Source: Minisyncoccota bacterium | GTDB lineage: Bacteria > Patescibacteriota > Minisyncoccia > Phycocordibacterales > CAIZLB01 | Length of the DNA: 64,000 nucleotides | Direction of reading: 5' to 3' | NCBI GenBank assembly: GCA_021734945.1 | Contig: JAIPIA010000001.1 | Span: 4,465 to 68,464, forward strand | In this document: positions 17,269 through 28,087 of the stretch, one piece after another | How the letters are laid out: every line of letters begins with the position of its first letter | Numbering within the stretch: position 1 is the stretch's first letter | The notes under the pieces: model-generated | Databases searched by the model: none | The model's input: the letters and a program-made list of their open reading frames with translations, nothing else | What the model was told of the DNA's origin: nothing | Translations under genes and position numbers: made by a program

Positions 17269-19065
17269 ATGTCATCAGCTGCAGAAACAATTAAAGACAG
17301 ACTCGGAATTGTAGAAGTGGTTAGTTCGTACATCAAGATTGATAAATCTGGAGGAAACTACAAAGGCCGATGTCCGTTCCATCATGAGAAAACACCATCG
17401 TTTTTTGTGTCGCCTGCACGAAATAGTTACTATTGTTTTGGGTGTGGACAGAAAGGAGATATTTTTACGTTTGTACAAGAATTTGAGAAAGTTGATTTCA
17501 TCGGCGCTCTAAAGATTTTAGCTGAGAAAGCTGGTGTAGAGCTTCAGCAGTTTAAGAATGAAAACAAAGGTGAGAATGATCGACTTCGATCAATACTCGA
17601 CGCTTCAACAAAATTCTACGAGCAAAATTTGCATGCACCAAAAAATGCAAAGGCTATTCAATATTTGCATGAACGTGGACTAACTGACAAAACTATACAA
17701 GATTGGAGAATTGGTTATGCTGAAAATGAATGGCGCCGATTGCATGATTTTTTGCTTACAAAAAATGTTGGACAAATTGATATGGAAAAAGTTGGGCTTA
17801 TAAAGAAGTCTGAAAAAGAGGGAGCTCGAGTAGATTCTGTATACGACAGATTCCGAGCACGTATTATGTTTCCATTGTTTGATCCGTCATCTCGAGTTAT
17901 AGGATACTCTGGACGAATTTTTGGTGTACCTGATGAAGATGGTCCAAAATATCTAAATAGTCCTGATACAGTTCTATTTAATAAATCCGAAACACTATAC
18001 GGATATCACAAAGCCAAAGATGGCATCCGAGAGTGGAGATATACAATACTTGTTGAAGGACAAATGGATTTGCTTATGTGTCACCAGTCAGGATTTACAA
18101 ATACTGTTGCGACATCTGGAACATCACTCACAAATCAACATTTGGAAAAATTGCAGAAATTATCAGATAATCTTCTAATAGTTTTTGATGCTGATAATGC
18201 AGGAGTGAGAGCTACTGTAAAGGCATGGGTATCACTCGCGCTGCCTATGGGTATGGACGTTAAAGTTGCATCACTTCCAAAAGGGGATGACCCAGCTTCA
18301 CTTCTCAAAAAAGATAAGAGTAGTTTTACTAACTCGATAAAAGACAAAAAACACATTATAATATATTTGACGGACTACTTGTGTGGAAAAGGTCTTTCGA
18401 AAGATGAATTAATGAAGGAAATAAGAAAAGAAGTTGTTCCTCTTATTGCACTCATAAAAAGTGTAATCGAAAGTTCAAGTTTCATTTCAAAGGTGAGTAT
18501 TAGGACAGACATATATGAATCTGATTTAAGAAAAGAAGTAGAAGAAGTACGAATGCGAATTATTTCAGGCGAAAATATCAATGATACTGACGAAAGCACA
18601 AGTGATTCAAAAAATTCAAATACAAAAGATACTCACCCGTTATCGGGACAAAAAAATATTAAAGAAGGAAGTTTAATACATGATATTGTGTTAAGAAGAG
18701 TGGGGGCACTGCTAGTATGGTTTAAAAATTCAAACCGTGATGTTTCGGGTGTCTTAGAAAAAATATCACACATTTTACCAGAGTCAGATTTTATATATTT
18801 CAAACACAGTACAGAAAACTCACCAGAAGAGTTACTTTTTGAAGCAGAAGTTCTCTTTGATGGAAGCAAACACATTGAGAAAGATATGGATGATCTGCTG
18901 TACGAACTAGAAGAAAGAAGTCTCAAGCATAGGCTGTCAGAGACGATGATGGAGTTAGGGCTAGCAGAGAAGAAACATGATACCGCAAAAGCTGAAGAAT
19001 TAATCAAAATTTGCCAAGAAATTTCACTTAAATTATCGGGATTAAATAAGAGAAAAGACGGATGA
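17269..19065 (+). CDS. dnaG: DNA primase DnaG
   Basis: CHC2 zinc finger CPFHHEKTPSF...YYCFGCGQKGD, TOPRIM block ILVEGQMDLLMCHQSG and FDADNAG. The true start is the ATG at 17269 (MSSAAETIKD). The longer ORF from 17113 reads through the structured spacer. Confidence 0.88.
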   Translation: MSSAAETIKDRLGIVEVVSSYIKIDKSGGNYKGRCPFHHEKTPSFFVSPARNSYYCFGCGQKGDIFTFVQEFEKVDFIGALKILAEKAGVELQQFKNENKGENDRLRSILDASTKFYEQNLHAPKNAKAIQYLHERGLTDKTIQDWRIGYAENEWRRLHDFLLTKNVGQIDMEKVGLIKKSEKEGARVDSVYDRFRARIMFPLFDPSSRVIGYSGRIFGVPDEDGPKYLNSPDTVLFNKSETLYGYHKAKDGIREWRYTILVEGQMDLLMCHQSGFTNTVATSGTSLTNQHLEKLQKLSDNLLIVFDADNAGVRATVKAWVSLALPMGMDVKVASLPKGDDPASLLKKDKSSFTNSIKDKKHIIIYLTDYLCGKGLSKDELMKEIRKEVVPLIALIKSVIESSSFISKVSIRTDIYESDLRKEVEEVRMRIISGENINDTDESTSDSKNSNTKDTHPLSGQKNIKEGSLIHDIVLRRVGALLVWFKNSNRDVSGVLEKISHILPESDFIYFKHSTENSPEELLFEAEVLFDGSKHIEKDMDDLLYELEERSLKHRLSETMMELGLAEKKHDTAKAEELIKICQEISLKLSGLNKRKDG

Positions 19066-19124
19066 AGTAATTATTAAAACAAGTTCAAGAATATTTCAAA
19101 ATTATAAAACCATTTACAAATCAT

Positions 19125-20456
19125 ATGAAGAAAAATACAAATAAAAAAGCAAAACCAGTAGTCAAAGCAAAATCATCTAAACCAACAGCCAAGCCAGCAA
19201 AGAAATCATCTCCTGCAAAAAAATTTGAAGCTAAAAAAACTCATGGTCACGCACCCGCAAAGGCTACTACTAAGACAACAAAGCCAGCTCAAAAAGTAGC
19301 ACACAAATCTGATTCAAAAAATAAAGAGGTAAAGAAGAGTGGTCCTCTTACTCCTCTTCCACCTCCAAAAAAGAGTAAAGAAGAAATGGCGTGGGACGTG
19401 AAAGCTAATGTTCTTCTTCAACGTGGAAAGGATCGAGGTTTTGTAACGTATGATGAAATTTTGAAAGAGTTCCCAAACATTGAACTTGATGTGATGTTTC
19501 TCGATTATTTGTATGAAAAATTCTCTACAGCTGGCATTGATATTCTTGAAGGAGGAGGACTACTTGATTTCAAACAAGAGGAAGAAGATATGCTTAAGAA
19601 GTACAGTATGAATAAGAGTGATTCTTCATACGACTCTATCCAAATGTATCTCAAGGAAATCGGACAGTACCCATTGATTGCTGCTCAGGAAGAAAAAGAT
19701 CTTGCGAAACGAATTCAGGCAGGAGATATAGAAGCGAAGAACTTGCTCGCAAAGGCAAACCTCCGACTTGTAGTCTCTATTGCCAAAAAATATGCAAACC
19801 GATCACCAGACCTTACACTTCTAGACCTTATTCAGGAAGGTAACCTTGGTCTTTTCAAGGCTGTAGATAAATTCGACTGGTCAAAGGGATTCAAATTTTC
19901 AACATATGCAACATGGTGGATTCGACAGTCTATTACGCGAGCTCTTGCTGATCAGTCACGAACAATTCGTGTACCAGTTCACATGGTAGAAACTATTGCC
20001 AAGTACAAGCAGGTTGTACGACGACTCTTCCAAGACCTTGGGCGAGAACCACTTCCAGAAGAAATCGCAACAGAAATGGGTCTTGATGTAGACAAGATTT
20101 ACACAATTGAAAAGATCGATCAGAACACCGTGTCGCTTGATACTCCTGTAAATGATGACGATGACAAGGCTTCTGCATTCGGTGACTTTATTGCTGATGA
20201 TAAAATTCTTTCACCAGATCAGGAATCGTCACGACGAATCCTTGCAGATCAGGTTCAAGAAATTCTTGGAGACCTTTCAGAAAAGGAGCGAGAAATTCTT
20301 GCACTTCGACATGGACTCAATGATGGTATCCAACACACACTTGAGGAAGTAGGAAAGATGTTCGGAGTTACTCGAGAACGAATTCGACAGATTGAAGCAA
20401 AGGCTCATGAAAAGATTCGACAGCACGAGAAGGTGAATCGGTTGAAGAATTACTAG
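19125..20456 (+). CDS. rpoD: RNA polymerase sigma-70 factor RpoD, with an ~85-aa K/A/P-rich N-terminal tail
   Basis: Region 2 ([48 protein letters not shown]) and region 4 ([20 protein letters not shown]). N-terminus [27 protein letters not shown]... The dnaG-rpoD pair is the conserved macromolecular-synthesis operon. Confidence 0.9.
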   Translation: MKKNTNKKAKPVVKAKSSKPTAKPAKKSSPAKKFEAKKTHGHAPAKATTKTTKPAQKVAHKSDSKNKEVKKSGPLTPLPPPKKSKEEMAWDVKANVLLQRGKDRGFVTYDEILKEFPNIELDVMFLDYLYEKFSTAGIDILEGGGLLDFKQEEEDMLKKYSMNKSDSSYDSIQMYLKEIGQYPLIAAQEEKDLAKRIQAGDIEAKNLLAKANLRLVVSIAKKYANRSPDLTLLDLIQEGNLGLFKAVDKFDWSKGFKFSTYATWWIRQSITRALADQSRTIRVPVHMVETIAKYKQVVRRLFQDLGREPLPEEIATEMGLDVDKIYTIEKIDQNTVSLDTPVNDDDDKASAFGDFIADDKILSPDQESSRRILADQVQEILGDLSEKEREILALRHGLNDGIQHTLEEVGKMFGVTRERIRQIEAKAHEKIRQHEKVNRLKNY

Positions 20457-20549
20457 TAGATTTATATAGCACGGTCTGGATGGTCTGATAATAGGAAAAT
20501 CTGATTGTTGAAAATAAAATTCCCATCAAAATTTAATAAAAAAACTTAA

Positions 20550-20582
20550 CCCCGCACTCATCATGCGGGGTTTGGTGTTGTT
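20550..20582 (+). terminator. Rho-independent terminator after rpoD
   Basis: ccccgca-ctcatca-tgcgggg stem-loop followed by tttggtgttgtt. Confidence 0.65.
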
Positions 20583-20624
20583 GGACGAGATGTTTTAAGT
20601 CTTGCTCAACGACGTGAAGCGATA

Positions 20625-21446
20625 TCAATTACGTGTTTTATTTGTTTTGATAATTCCTCGACGTATAATTTTTAGCATTAGTATGTAGACGCATATACTA
20701 AAACCGTGTAAGAGCACTTTACCTTTGAGGTCTCCATGATGGAGATAGTAAGTCGCTAACGTAAAGCAAACAAATGTGAGCGTCGTAATAGTTGTTTGCT
20801 CTTTCCTTACCCTTAGCATTTGATCCTTTTTGGTTGCTTTGTAATATGGACGAACTCCACAAGACATCAGAACTGGTCCGAAGCAACAAAATGGGAGTAG
20901 GGTATAAACAATGAAGGGATACATGTTTGCAAACTGGTGCATGACCAGAAGGCAGACTGGGGCAATTAAGCACCATAGCACGCGTCTTGGGTCGTGTGCA
21001 ATCCAATTTGTTTGTTCAACATCTTTAACGGTCTCATCTTCTGAATCGTCCTCACTGTTGTCTCTAAGGTAGCACCACTCGTATCTCCTGAAAATTATCG
21101 GAATTAAGAATGCTGAGTAGACTACAGCAAACACAGATAGAGCTGGAGCTGGGGCTACCAGTACAATTTCTGAACATTTTTTGTACGGTGTCTGTATGAT
21201 TATTGAGAAGTTCAAAGCCATAGAAACTAAAGAGACAGCCATACAGAGAAGACTGAAAGTAAGGCTTGCGTGGAGAAATGAAATCCCAGTAAGCCTTTCA
21301 ATCCAGTGGAAAAGGGGTTTAACGAAGATCCTCATAAAGAGGTTCTCAATGGTACTTATGAATTTCATGTCGAGGTCCTGGGTTGAGTTGTGGTTTTGTT
21401 CTAGTTGTTCTACAGATATATAAACACATATAAGACTATTGGTCAA
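20625..21446 (-). CDS. hypothetical polytopic membrane protein (start uncertain; may use an internal Met)
   Basis: 273-aa ORF with 5-6 hydrophobic helices and an acidic loop NSEDDSEDE. No family recognised. Confidence 0.45.
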   Translation of the reverse strand: MTNSLICVYISVEQLEQNHNSTQDLDMKFISTIENLFMRIFVKPLFHWIERLTGISFLHASLTFSLLCMAVSLVSMALNFSIIIQTPYKKCSEIVLVAPAPALSVFAVVYSAFLIPIIFRRYEWCYLRDNSEDDSEDETVKDVEQTNWIAHDPRRVLWCLIAPVCLLVMHQFANMYPFIVYTLLPFCCFGPVLMSCGVRPYYKATKKDQMLRVRKEQTTITTLTFVCFTLATYYLHHGDLKGKVLLHGFSICVYILMLKIIRRGIIKTNKTRN

Positions 21447-21483
21447 TGAAGCTCAATAAAGTGCATCGCGATATACTGTACCT

Positions 21484-24400
21484 ATGAAATCCGCTGAAAG
21501 TGCCAACTCAAAACCTCATGTAACTTTTGAAGACCGATACAAAAAGCTTAACACCGCTCAAAAGAAAGCAGTAGATACTATTGAAGGTCCACTCCTTGTG
21601 GTTGCAGGTCCAGGCTCAGGTAAAACAGAAATCCTCAGTTTGCGTGTTGCTAAAATCCTAAAAGAAGCACAGATTCTCCCATCAAATATTCTTTGTCTCA
21701 CCTTTACCGATTCAGCAGCTGTAAACATGCGTGACCGACTCTCACGACTTATTGGCGCTGAGGCGTATCGTGTTTCGATTCATACATTTCACAGCTTCTC
21801 AGTGGATATTATTCAAAAATATCCTGAGTTTTTTTATAAAGGTGCAATCTTTAGTCCTGCCGATGCGGTTTCACAGATTGGAATTTTGGAAAGTATTTTC
21901 GACTCATTGCCGCACAAAGATTTATTGAAGTCTTCGCACCCAGAAGAAGGTTATACGTATTTACAAGATGTTTCTAGAGTAATCGGATATTTGAAGAAGG
22001 CAGGCATTACTCCAAGTCGCTTTGCAGATATCATTGAGAAAAATAGTGAGGCTGTAGAAAAAATAAATTCAATCCTTGTACCTGCAGCAGAAAAGCGTGT
22101 ATCAGCTGCTGTTATTGCAGAACTTAAAAATGCTGCAGAATCTTTAAGATCTTGTTCGACTGCGGGCGGGGCATCAGAGACTGGGCAATATATTGGCGAA
22201 TTTCCTGCACTTGAACATGCAGTTGCTCTGACACTACTTGAAGCTATTGATACAGCTGAAAAGACTGAGAAAAATGAGCCTATTTCAAAATGGAAAGCTA
22301 AGTGGTTTAAAGCCAACGATGAGGGAGAAAAGGTGTTTAGAGACACATTAAACCTCGATAAAATGCGCTCTGTGGCACATATATATAAGCAGTACCGTGA
22401 GGTCATGCATGCGCGTTGCCTGTTCGATTTCGACGATATGATATTGGACGTGATTGAGGCGATTCAAACGCATCCACGGCTCAAATTTGACCTTCAGGAG
22501 CAATATCAGTACGTGTTGGTAGACGAGTTTCAGGATACCAACAATGCCCAAATGAAGATTCTTTCTTTAGTGCTTGATGCTGAGGTAAATGAGGGTCGAC
22601 CGAACATTATGGTAGTGGGAGATGACGACCAAGCAGTATACAAATTTCAAGGTGCTGAACTTTCAAATATTCTCAATTTTAAGGAAATGTATACCGATGT
22701 TGAGGTTGTAAACATGACTGCCAACTATCGATCTACACAGGAAATTCTCGATACAGCGACAAAGATTATTCGAAAAGGAGAACATCGTCTTGAAAATATT
22801 TTGCCTGCATTTGAAAAGACTTTGGTGTCTTCAAATAAAGATTTGGCAAAAGGTGGAATTGTACACAAAGTATTTGATACAAGTCTTCACGAATATCACT
22901 ATGTATCACGAAGAATCAAATCTTTGATTGAGTCAGGTGTACCTGCGGAAGATATCGCAGTGATTGCACGAAAACATAAACAACTTGAAGCGATTGTACC
23001 GTATCTACAAGGTGCACGAGTACCTATTCGATATGAAAGAGAACAGAACGTATTCCTTGAGCCTCATATTGAACAGATTATAATCATGTCTCGATTTATT
23101 CAATCAGTGTCTGCAAAAGATATGCAGGAGGCTGATGAATTTTTGCCAAAGATTTTAGCGTTTCCATTCTTTAGTGTTTCTCGAATCGCAATTTGGAATA
23201 TTTCTAAACAAGCATATGCAGAGCGGAAGACATGGCTTGAGTGCATGCTTGAAGATACGAGTGGATCGCTCGCGCCTCTAGCAAACTTTTTTATTGAGCT
23301 CGGCGCCATGGCCCGTGTTGAGCCTCTCGAAAAAGTACTCGATATTCTTATTGGTGCGCACGTTGAACTGATTGCTGAATCTGAAGAGGATGAAGATCTA
23401 GCAGAAGATGCTACGAATGTTGCGCAAGGAAAGGCTGAAAAAAGTACGCAGAAAAATCCAGGTGTTGCAGAAAAATCTGCAAAGATGCACGCAGACACAA
23501 ACAGCAAATATGCAATCGGCGGATACTCAAGTCCTTTCAAGGCGTATTACTTTAGTAAGGAACGATTCGAGCATGCACGAGCTGAATACTTAGCATTCCT
23601 CTCAAGTCTCCGAGTATTTGTGCGAGCACTTCGAGAATTTAAAGGTAAGGATGGTAGTGCTGAGCAACTCTATATTAGCGACCTTATTTACTTCGTTGAT
23701 ATTCATGTGAAGAATGGTATTACGCTCAATGACCTCAGCCCGTTTGCAAACTCTTCAAAAGCGGTGAGTCTTCTTTCTGCTCACAAAGCTAAGGGTCTCG
23801 AATTCGACACAGTGTTTGTGCTTTCTTGCCAAGACGATGTCTGGGCTGGACGAGGTGCACCAAAGCGAATCTCAATGCCTGCAAACCTTCCTATTGAACC
23901 AGCAGGAGACAATGAAGACGATCAACTTCGACTTTTTTATGTAGCACTTACACGAGCAAAGCGAAATTTGTATATGACATCATACAAAATTAAAGATGAT
24001 GGAAAAGAATCACAGAAACTTCGATTTCTTACTGAGCACGAAGAAACTGACGCTCCAATGGAAAAAGAATTCGGAACTATTTACACTCCAGAAACTCATG
24101 AACTTCTTACTTCGTCTTGGCTTCTATATCACACACCACCATTCATGGGTGAAGAAGAGGAATTGCTTAAATCATTACTTGAAAACTATCAACTTTCAGT
24201 AACACATCTCAATAACTTTTTAAATGTTTCTAAGGGTGGTCCTCAGTCTTTCCTTGAACAAAATCTTCTACGATTTCCACAAGCTAAAACCCCATCTAGT
24301 GCGTACGGTACAGCAATCCACAGTACGCTTGAACGTGTGTCTGTAAAACTTCGACACGACGGTATTCTTGCAACTAAAGAAGAATGTCTCGATTGGTTCA

Positions 24401-25062
24401 CTCAGTACCTTCGAAAAGAAAGACTTTCAAATCAGGATTTCGATCAATACAGTGAACGTGGTCTCACGGCGTTGGATGCTTTTTATGACCAGCGAATTGC
24501 TCCACAAGGCGATGTAAGTGGAGATGCAAGTACTAAGGTTCAAGGTGGTACTAGCGGATTCAAAGCAACTGATAAGACAGAAATTAACTTTAAAGATCAA
24601 GGAGTAGTTATTGAGAGCATGGTTGGCGACGAAAGACTAAAAGCACACCTCACAGGTAAGCTTGATCGTCTCGTAGACTTGGGTGGTGGGCGAGCAGAGG
24701 TTATAGACTATAAAACTGGCAAAGCTAAAAGCGAATGGAAGCCGGGCACTGAGTATGAAAAAATAAAATTGTATGAGTATGAAAGACAGCTCATGTTCTA
24801 TCATATCCTCCTTGAGCAAGCGCGAGACTATAAGCGAAACTTTAGATTTGAAAAAGGAGTTTTACAATTCGTAGAACCTTTGCAGAATGGAAAAATAGTA
24901 GAGCTTGCACTTAATGAGGACGCAGAAAAGAAAACTCGTACAGAACGATTGGCGCTCATTGTCTTCAATAAAATAATAAACCTAGATTTTCCTGATACAT
25001 CTACATATGGTGAGAAGCTTGAGGATATAATTGCTTTTGAGGATAGTTTGTTGGGAAAATAG
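21484..25062 (+). CDS. UvrD/PcrA-family SF1 helicase fused to a C-terminal RecB-type PD-(D/E)XK nuclease (AddA-like)
   Basis: Walker A AGPGSGKTE, motifs LCLTFTDSAA, VLVDEFQDTN and VGDDDQAVYKFQGA, helicase C-terminal KGLEFDTVFVL and LFYVALTRAK. C-terminal nuclease signature GKLDRLVDLGG...EVIDYKTGK...YERQLMFY. No addB/recC partner in the window. Confidence 0.85.
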   Translation: MKSAESANSKPHVTFEDRYKKLNTAQKKAVDTIEGPLLVVAGPGSGKTEILSLRVAKILKEAQILPSNILCLTFTDSAAVNMRDRLSRLIGAEAYRVSIHTFHSFSVDIIQKYPEFFYKGAIFSPADAVSQIGILESIFDSLPHKDLLKSSHPEEGYTYLQDVSRVIGYLKKAGITPSRFADIIEKNSEAVEKINSILVPAAEKRVSAAVIAELKNAAESLRSCSTAGGASETGQYIGEFPALEHAVALTLLEAIDTAEKTEKNEPISKWKAKWFKANDEGEKVFRDTLNLDKMRSVAHIYKQYREVMHARCLFDFDDMILDVIEAIQTHPRLKFDLQEQYQYVLVDEFQDTNNAQMKILSLVLDAEVNEGRPNIMVVGDDDQAVYKFQGAELSNILNFKEMYTDVEVVNMTANYRSTQEILDTATKIIRKGEHRLENILPAFEKTLVSSNKDLAKGGIVHKVFDTSLHEYHYVSRRIKSLIESGVPAEDIAVIARKHKQLEAIVPYLQGARVPIRYEREQNVFLEPHIEQIIIMSRFIQSVSAKDMQEADEFLPKILAFPFFSVSRIAIWNISKQAYAERKTWLECMLEDTSGSLAPLANFFIELGAMARVEPLEKVLDILIGAHVELIAESEEDEDLAEDATNVAQGKAEKSTQKNPGVAEKSAKMHADTNSKYAIGGYSSPFKAYYFSKERFEHARAEYLAFLSSLRVFVRALREFKGKDGSAEQLYISDLIYFVDIHVKNGITLNDLSPFANSSKAVSLLSAHKAKGLEFDTVFVLSCQDDVWAGRGAPKRISMPANLPIEPAGDNEDDQLRLFYVALTRAKRNLYMTSYKIKDDGKESQKLRFLTEHEETDAPMEKEFGTIYTPETHELLTSSWLLYHTPPFMGEEEELLKSLLENYQLSVTHLNNFLNVSKGGPQSFLEQNLLRFPQAKTPSSAYGTAIHSTLERVSVKLRHDGILATKEECLDWFTQYLRKERLSNQDFDQYSERGLTALDAFYDQRIAPQGDVSGDASTKVQGGTSGFKATDKTEINFKDQGVVIESMVGDERLKAHLTGKLDRLVDLGGGRAEVIDYKTGKAKSEWKPGTEYEKIKLYEYERQLMFYHILLEQARDYKRNFRFEKGVLQFVEPLQNGKIVELALNEDAEKKTRTERLALIVFNKIINLDFPDTSTYGEKLEDIIAFEDSLLGK

Positions 25063-25080
25063 TAATTTTAATGGGAACTA

Positions 25081-25905
25081 TTAAGAATTCAGTTTGACGA
25101 GTTTTCTCGCAATCTTTTCATTTTGGTCATATTTTTTAAGCATGTACTTCGTTGAATCAAACATACTTTTAATTAAATCAAAGACGTCCTTGTTTTTTAT
25201 TATCACTCCAAATTCTTCAAACCAATTCACAATAGCTACTTTGTCTTCGTAAAGATATATTTCTGCTTTTGTATCTTTTAAAAAGATTGCTGGCAATGAG
25301 GCGGTGTCTGCAGATCTGTTCGAAAAGCTTTTCAAAAGTTCCTCTGCTTCTTTTTTTGTTAATGTCTCTACCATTGAATCAGTACCTTTTTCGTGAATAA
25401 TTCCTTCAGCTATAAGTTTTTTTGAATTAACGATTCTGTTAAATTTAATTATCTCACTAATAGGATTTAGTGTTATTGCACCAATGATAGACTTTTCCGG
25501 CTGGATACCGTAGAAGCGAGAATGGGGTGCCATTTTAGCAATGTCTTCGAATACTTGTATAACATTTTCATTACCTTGATTTAGTACTAGTGCTGACGAT
25601 TTTGAAATATCTACTGTAAGATTTTTCTTAGTAATTTCTTTATTTTGCAAAAAGAGGGAGGCGTATTTCTTTTGAACGTCCTCAATCTTTTCAGTGCTCC
25701 AGTATATTTTTTTCTTCTCCTGTCTTTTTTTAATGAAGCCTCTTTGTTCGAGGCGAGGGAGGATGTAATAGAGTGACGTCCTTGGAATGTTACTAAGTAT
25801 TGAAAGTTCAGAAATTACTAATTTTTGTTTAGAAAGGGATTTTATTATTGATAAATCATTTGAGTCCAAACCCAATAAAAGTGCATTTTCTTTAGATAAA
25901 AACAT
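25081..25905 (-). CDS. TrmB-like winged-helix transcriptional regulator
   Basis: N-terminal HTH SDLSIIKSLSKQKLVISELSILSNIPRTSLYYILPRLEQRGFIKK resembles the TrmB N-terminal domain. C-terminal alpha/beta region. Confidence 0.5.
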   Translation of the reverse strand: MFLSKENALLLGLDSNDLSIIKSLSKQKLVISELSILSNIPRTSLYYILPRLEQRGFIKKRQEKKKIYWSTEKIEDVQKKYASLFLQNKEITKKNLTVDISKSSALVLNQGNENVIQVFEDIAKMAPHSRFYGIQPEKSIIGAITLNPISEIIKFNRIVNSKKLIAEGIIHEKGTDSMVETLTKKEAEELLKSFSNRSADTASLPAIFLKDTKAEIYLYEDKVAIVNWFEEFGVIIKNKDVFDLIKSMFDSTKYMLKKYDQNEKIARKLVKLNS

Positions 25906-26045
25906 ATAAGAAGTGTATAATATGTCGAAATTTTAGTCAAATTAAGTATATAAATATGTTTAAAAATAAGGTTATTTTAGAATATTTGGTATAGAAATAT
26001 TCTCTTTTACATACCTTATTTATGTGTGTTATAGTTTTTCACATT

Positions 26046-27131
26046 ATGAATAAACAAATTAAAATAATAGGTGTTCTAATAGTGGTTGTTGCTATTTTTG
26101 GTATATTAAATATTACTAATCAGAATAAAGAATCAAAGGTAGTGACCCTTGGTTTAATGCTTCCATTGTCAGGAGATTATGCTGTTGCTGGTCAAAACTA
26201 TCAAAAAGGAGTTGAGTTAGCTTTGAATCAATACAAAAAGCAGTTTCCAAATAAAACTATAAAATTAGTAGTAGAAGACGATGGTTTCGATGTTAAAAAA
26301 GGAGTTAGTGCATATAAGAAATTGATTAATTATGATCATATCGATGCTTTGATGATGCTTTCAACGCCAGTAATTGATGCAATACACGAAGATGTAGTAA
26401 AAGACGGCATTCCTGTGATGCAACTTGGTGTTCAGACTGTAGGTATTTCTGATGATAATATTTTGCAGATGAGTCCATCGGGTGAAACTCCTTTGAGAGA
26501 GTTTGCACAGTACTTGGAAAAGAATCACACCTTTTCTAAAGTTGCTGTTGTATACGACAATACTGGTGCAGGAAATAGTTTTTATAAAGCTTTTAGTGAA
26601 GGGTATTCTAAGGACTTTTCTCCTTTCATTATTAACACTAAAGCTGATATTCGTGGGCATGCTATAAAAATTGCTGCTGAAAAATATGATGCTGTCGTTA
26701 TTTTAACTTCACCCGAGAATGGTGCGCTCTTTGTTAAAGAAATTTCAACACTAGATAAAACTCTACCTTTCTTTGGGTTCGATGCTCAACTTCAAACAGG
26801 TTTTGCTGATTATGGAAGAATACTGGGTGGAACTGATAAGTTGAATGGTGCAGAGTCTCTCTGGTTAAAATCTGGTAATGCTGATCAGTTTAAAAAATTA
26901 TATGCTGAAAAGTATAATACAGAGCCAGGATTTATATCAGATTTCGGCTATGATATTTTAAATGTGCTTATGAAAAATTATTCTAACGACAAGACAAGCT
27001 GGTTGAATAATATAAAGAAAGAGAACAAAGAAGGTGTTTCGGGTCCTATTTCATTTGATAATAACGGTGTAAGAATTCAGCCTATTGTTATAAATAAGGT
27101 AATAGATGGTAAGTTGATCCAGATACAATAA
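26046..27131 (+). CDS. ABC-transporter periplasmic substrate-binding protein, branched-chain amino-acid (LivK/Peripla_BP_6) type; orphan, with no adjacent permease or ATPase
   Basis: Signal/TM anchor, then VVTLGLMLPLSGDYAVAGQNYQKGVELALN, typical of type-I PBPs of the Liv family. Confidence 0.7.
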   Translation: MNKQIKIIGVLIVVVAIFGILNITNQNKESKVVTLGLMLPLSGDYAVAGQNYQKGVELALNQYKKQFPNKTIKLVVEDDGFDVKKGVSAYKKLINYDHIDALMMLSTPVIDAIHEDVVKDGIPVMQLGVQTVGISDDNILQMSPSGETPLREFAQYLEKNHTFSKVAVVYDNTGAGNSFYKAFSEGYSKDFSPFIINTKADIRGHAIKIAAEKYDAVVILTSPENGALFVKEISTLDKTLPFFGFDAQLQTGFADYGRILGGTDKLNGAESLWLKSGNADQFKKLYAEKYNTEPGFISDFGYDILNVLMKNYSNDKTSWLNNIKKENKEGVSGPISFDNNGVRIQPIVINKVIDGKLIQIQ

Positions 27132-27175
27132 AATAATGATCTAACTTAAATTAAGGAGAAAAAAAGTGAGTAAAC

Positions 27176-27212
27176 AAAAAAACCACCAGACTTTCATCGG
27201 TGGTTTTTTTTG
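27176..27212. terminator. bidirectional Rho-independent terminator between the SBP gene and the convergent dsbA-like gene
   Basis: aaaaaccacc-agactttcatc-ggtggttttttt, with A-run and T-run flanks. Confidence 0.6.
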
Positions 27213-27237
27213 TATTTAATTTAATCGAATAAGGAGA

Positions 27238-27981
27238 TTACTTTAAGAAACTATCAAGTACCGCCTTCATTGATTCGTAAGGAAGCGCTCCGAGACTTGA
27301 ACCCTGGTCGTTCACTAGAGGAACTGTCTGAACCTTTGATCCATCTTTTACCAAGAGAACTGTGTAAGGTGTACCTCGAGCACCAGCTTTGAGGCCTGCA
27401 TTTTTAGCTTCAGTGATCTTTGCTTTGTATTTTCCACTATCAAGACATTTTACAAAAGCTGCTTTATCCAAACCTACTTGTTCTGCGAATTCAGGAAGCT
27501 TAGCGAGATCTAGACCATCGTTTGATGGAGTGTTTTCGTAAACTGTTCCAATGTAATCCCAGAAAGCTTTTGCTCCACCAAGTTCATTTGCACATTCAGT
27601 TGCTTCAGCTTCTTTTGGTGCTTTTGTGTGGAAATCAAGAGGGAAGTGTCGGTATACCCAAGCAATCTTTCCAGCTTTTCCGTACTCACTAAAAATCTTT
27701 GAGAGTGTCTGATGATGTCGTTTACAGAAAGGACATTCAGTATCTGAATATTCAACGATAGTAACCTTTGCTTTTGAAGCATCTCCTTGAATGTGGTCAA
27801 CTTCTGTAACTGGAGCAATTTCTACTTCAGGAGCACCTTGTGCGTTTTTAGCAATATCAGCAACTCCTACTTTCGCTCCAACGTTAGCTGGTTTTGAATT
27901 TGTAAGATAGATAGCACCTGCGATAAGTGCACCTGCGACTATTATTGAAACTGGAACAACTAATTTGTGAATGGTATGCAT
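27238..27981 (-). CDS. DsbA-family thiol:disulfide oxidoreductase, membrane-anchored (paralog 1 of 3)
   Basis: TM anchor, then thioredoxin fold with CPFC active site (VTIVEYSDTECPFCKRHH) and AWVYRHFPLDFH. Close paralog of 46030..46752. Confidence 0.75.
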   Translation of the reverse strand: MHTIHKLVVPVSIIVAGALIAGAIYLTNSKPANVGAKVGVADIAKNAQGAPEVEIAPVTEVDHIQGDASKAKVTIVEYSDTECPFCKRHHQTLSKIFSEYGKAGKIAWVYRHFPLDFHTKAPKEAEATECANELGGAKAFWDYIGTVYENTPSNDGLDLAKLPEFAEQVGLDKAAFVKCLDSGKYKAKITEAKNAGLKAGARGTPYTVLLVKDGSKVQTVPLVNDQGSSLGALPYESMKAVLDSFLK

Positions 27982-28087
27982 TTGTATTTTGTGCGGTCGT
28001 GCCTCAATCGTTCTGAATGTGGCACTTTGCAAATGATTAATAAATTATGGTCTCAATTATATCATGTAACTCTCAAGTCTAAAAAGC

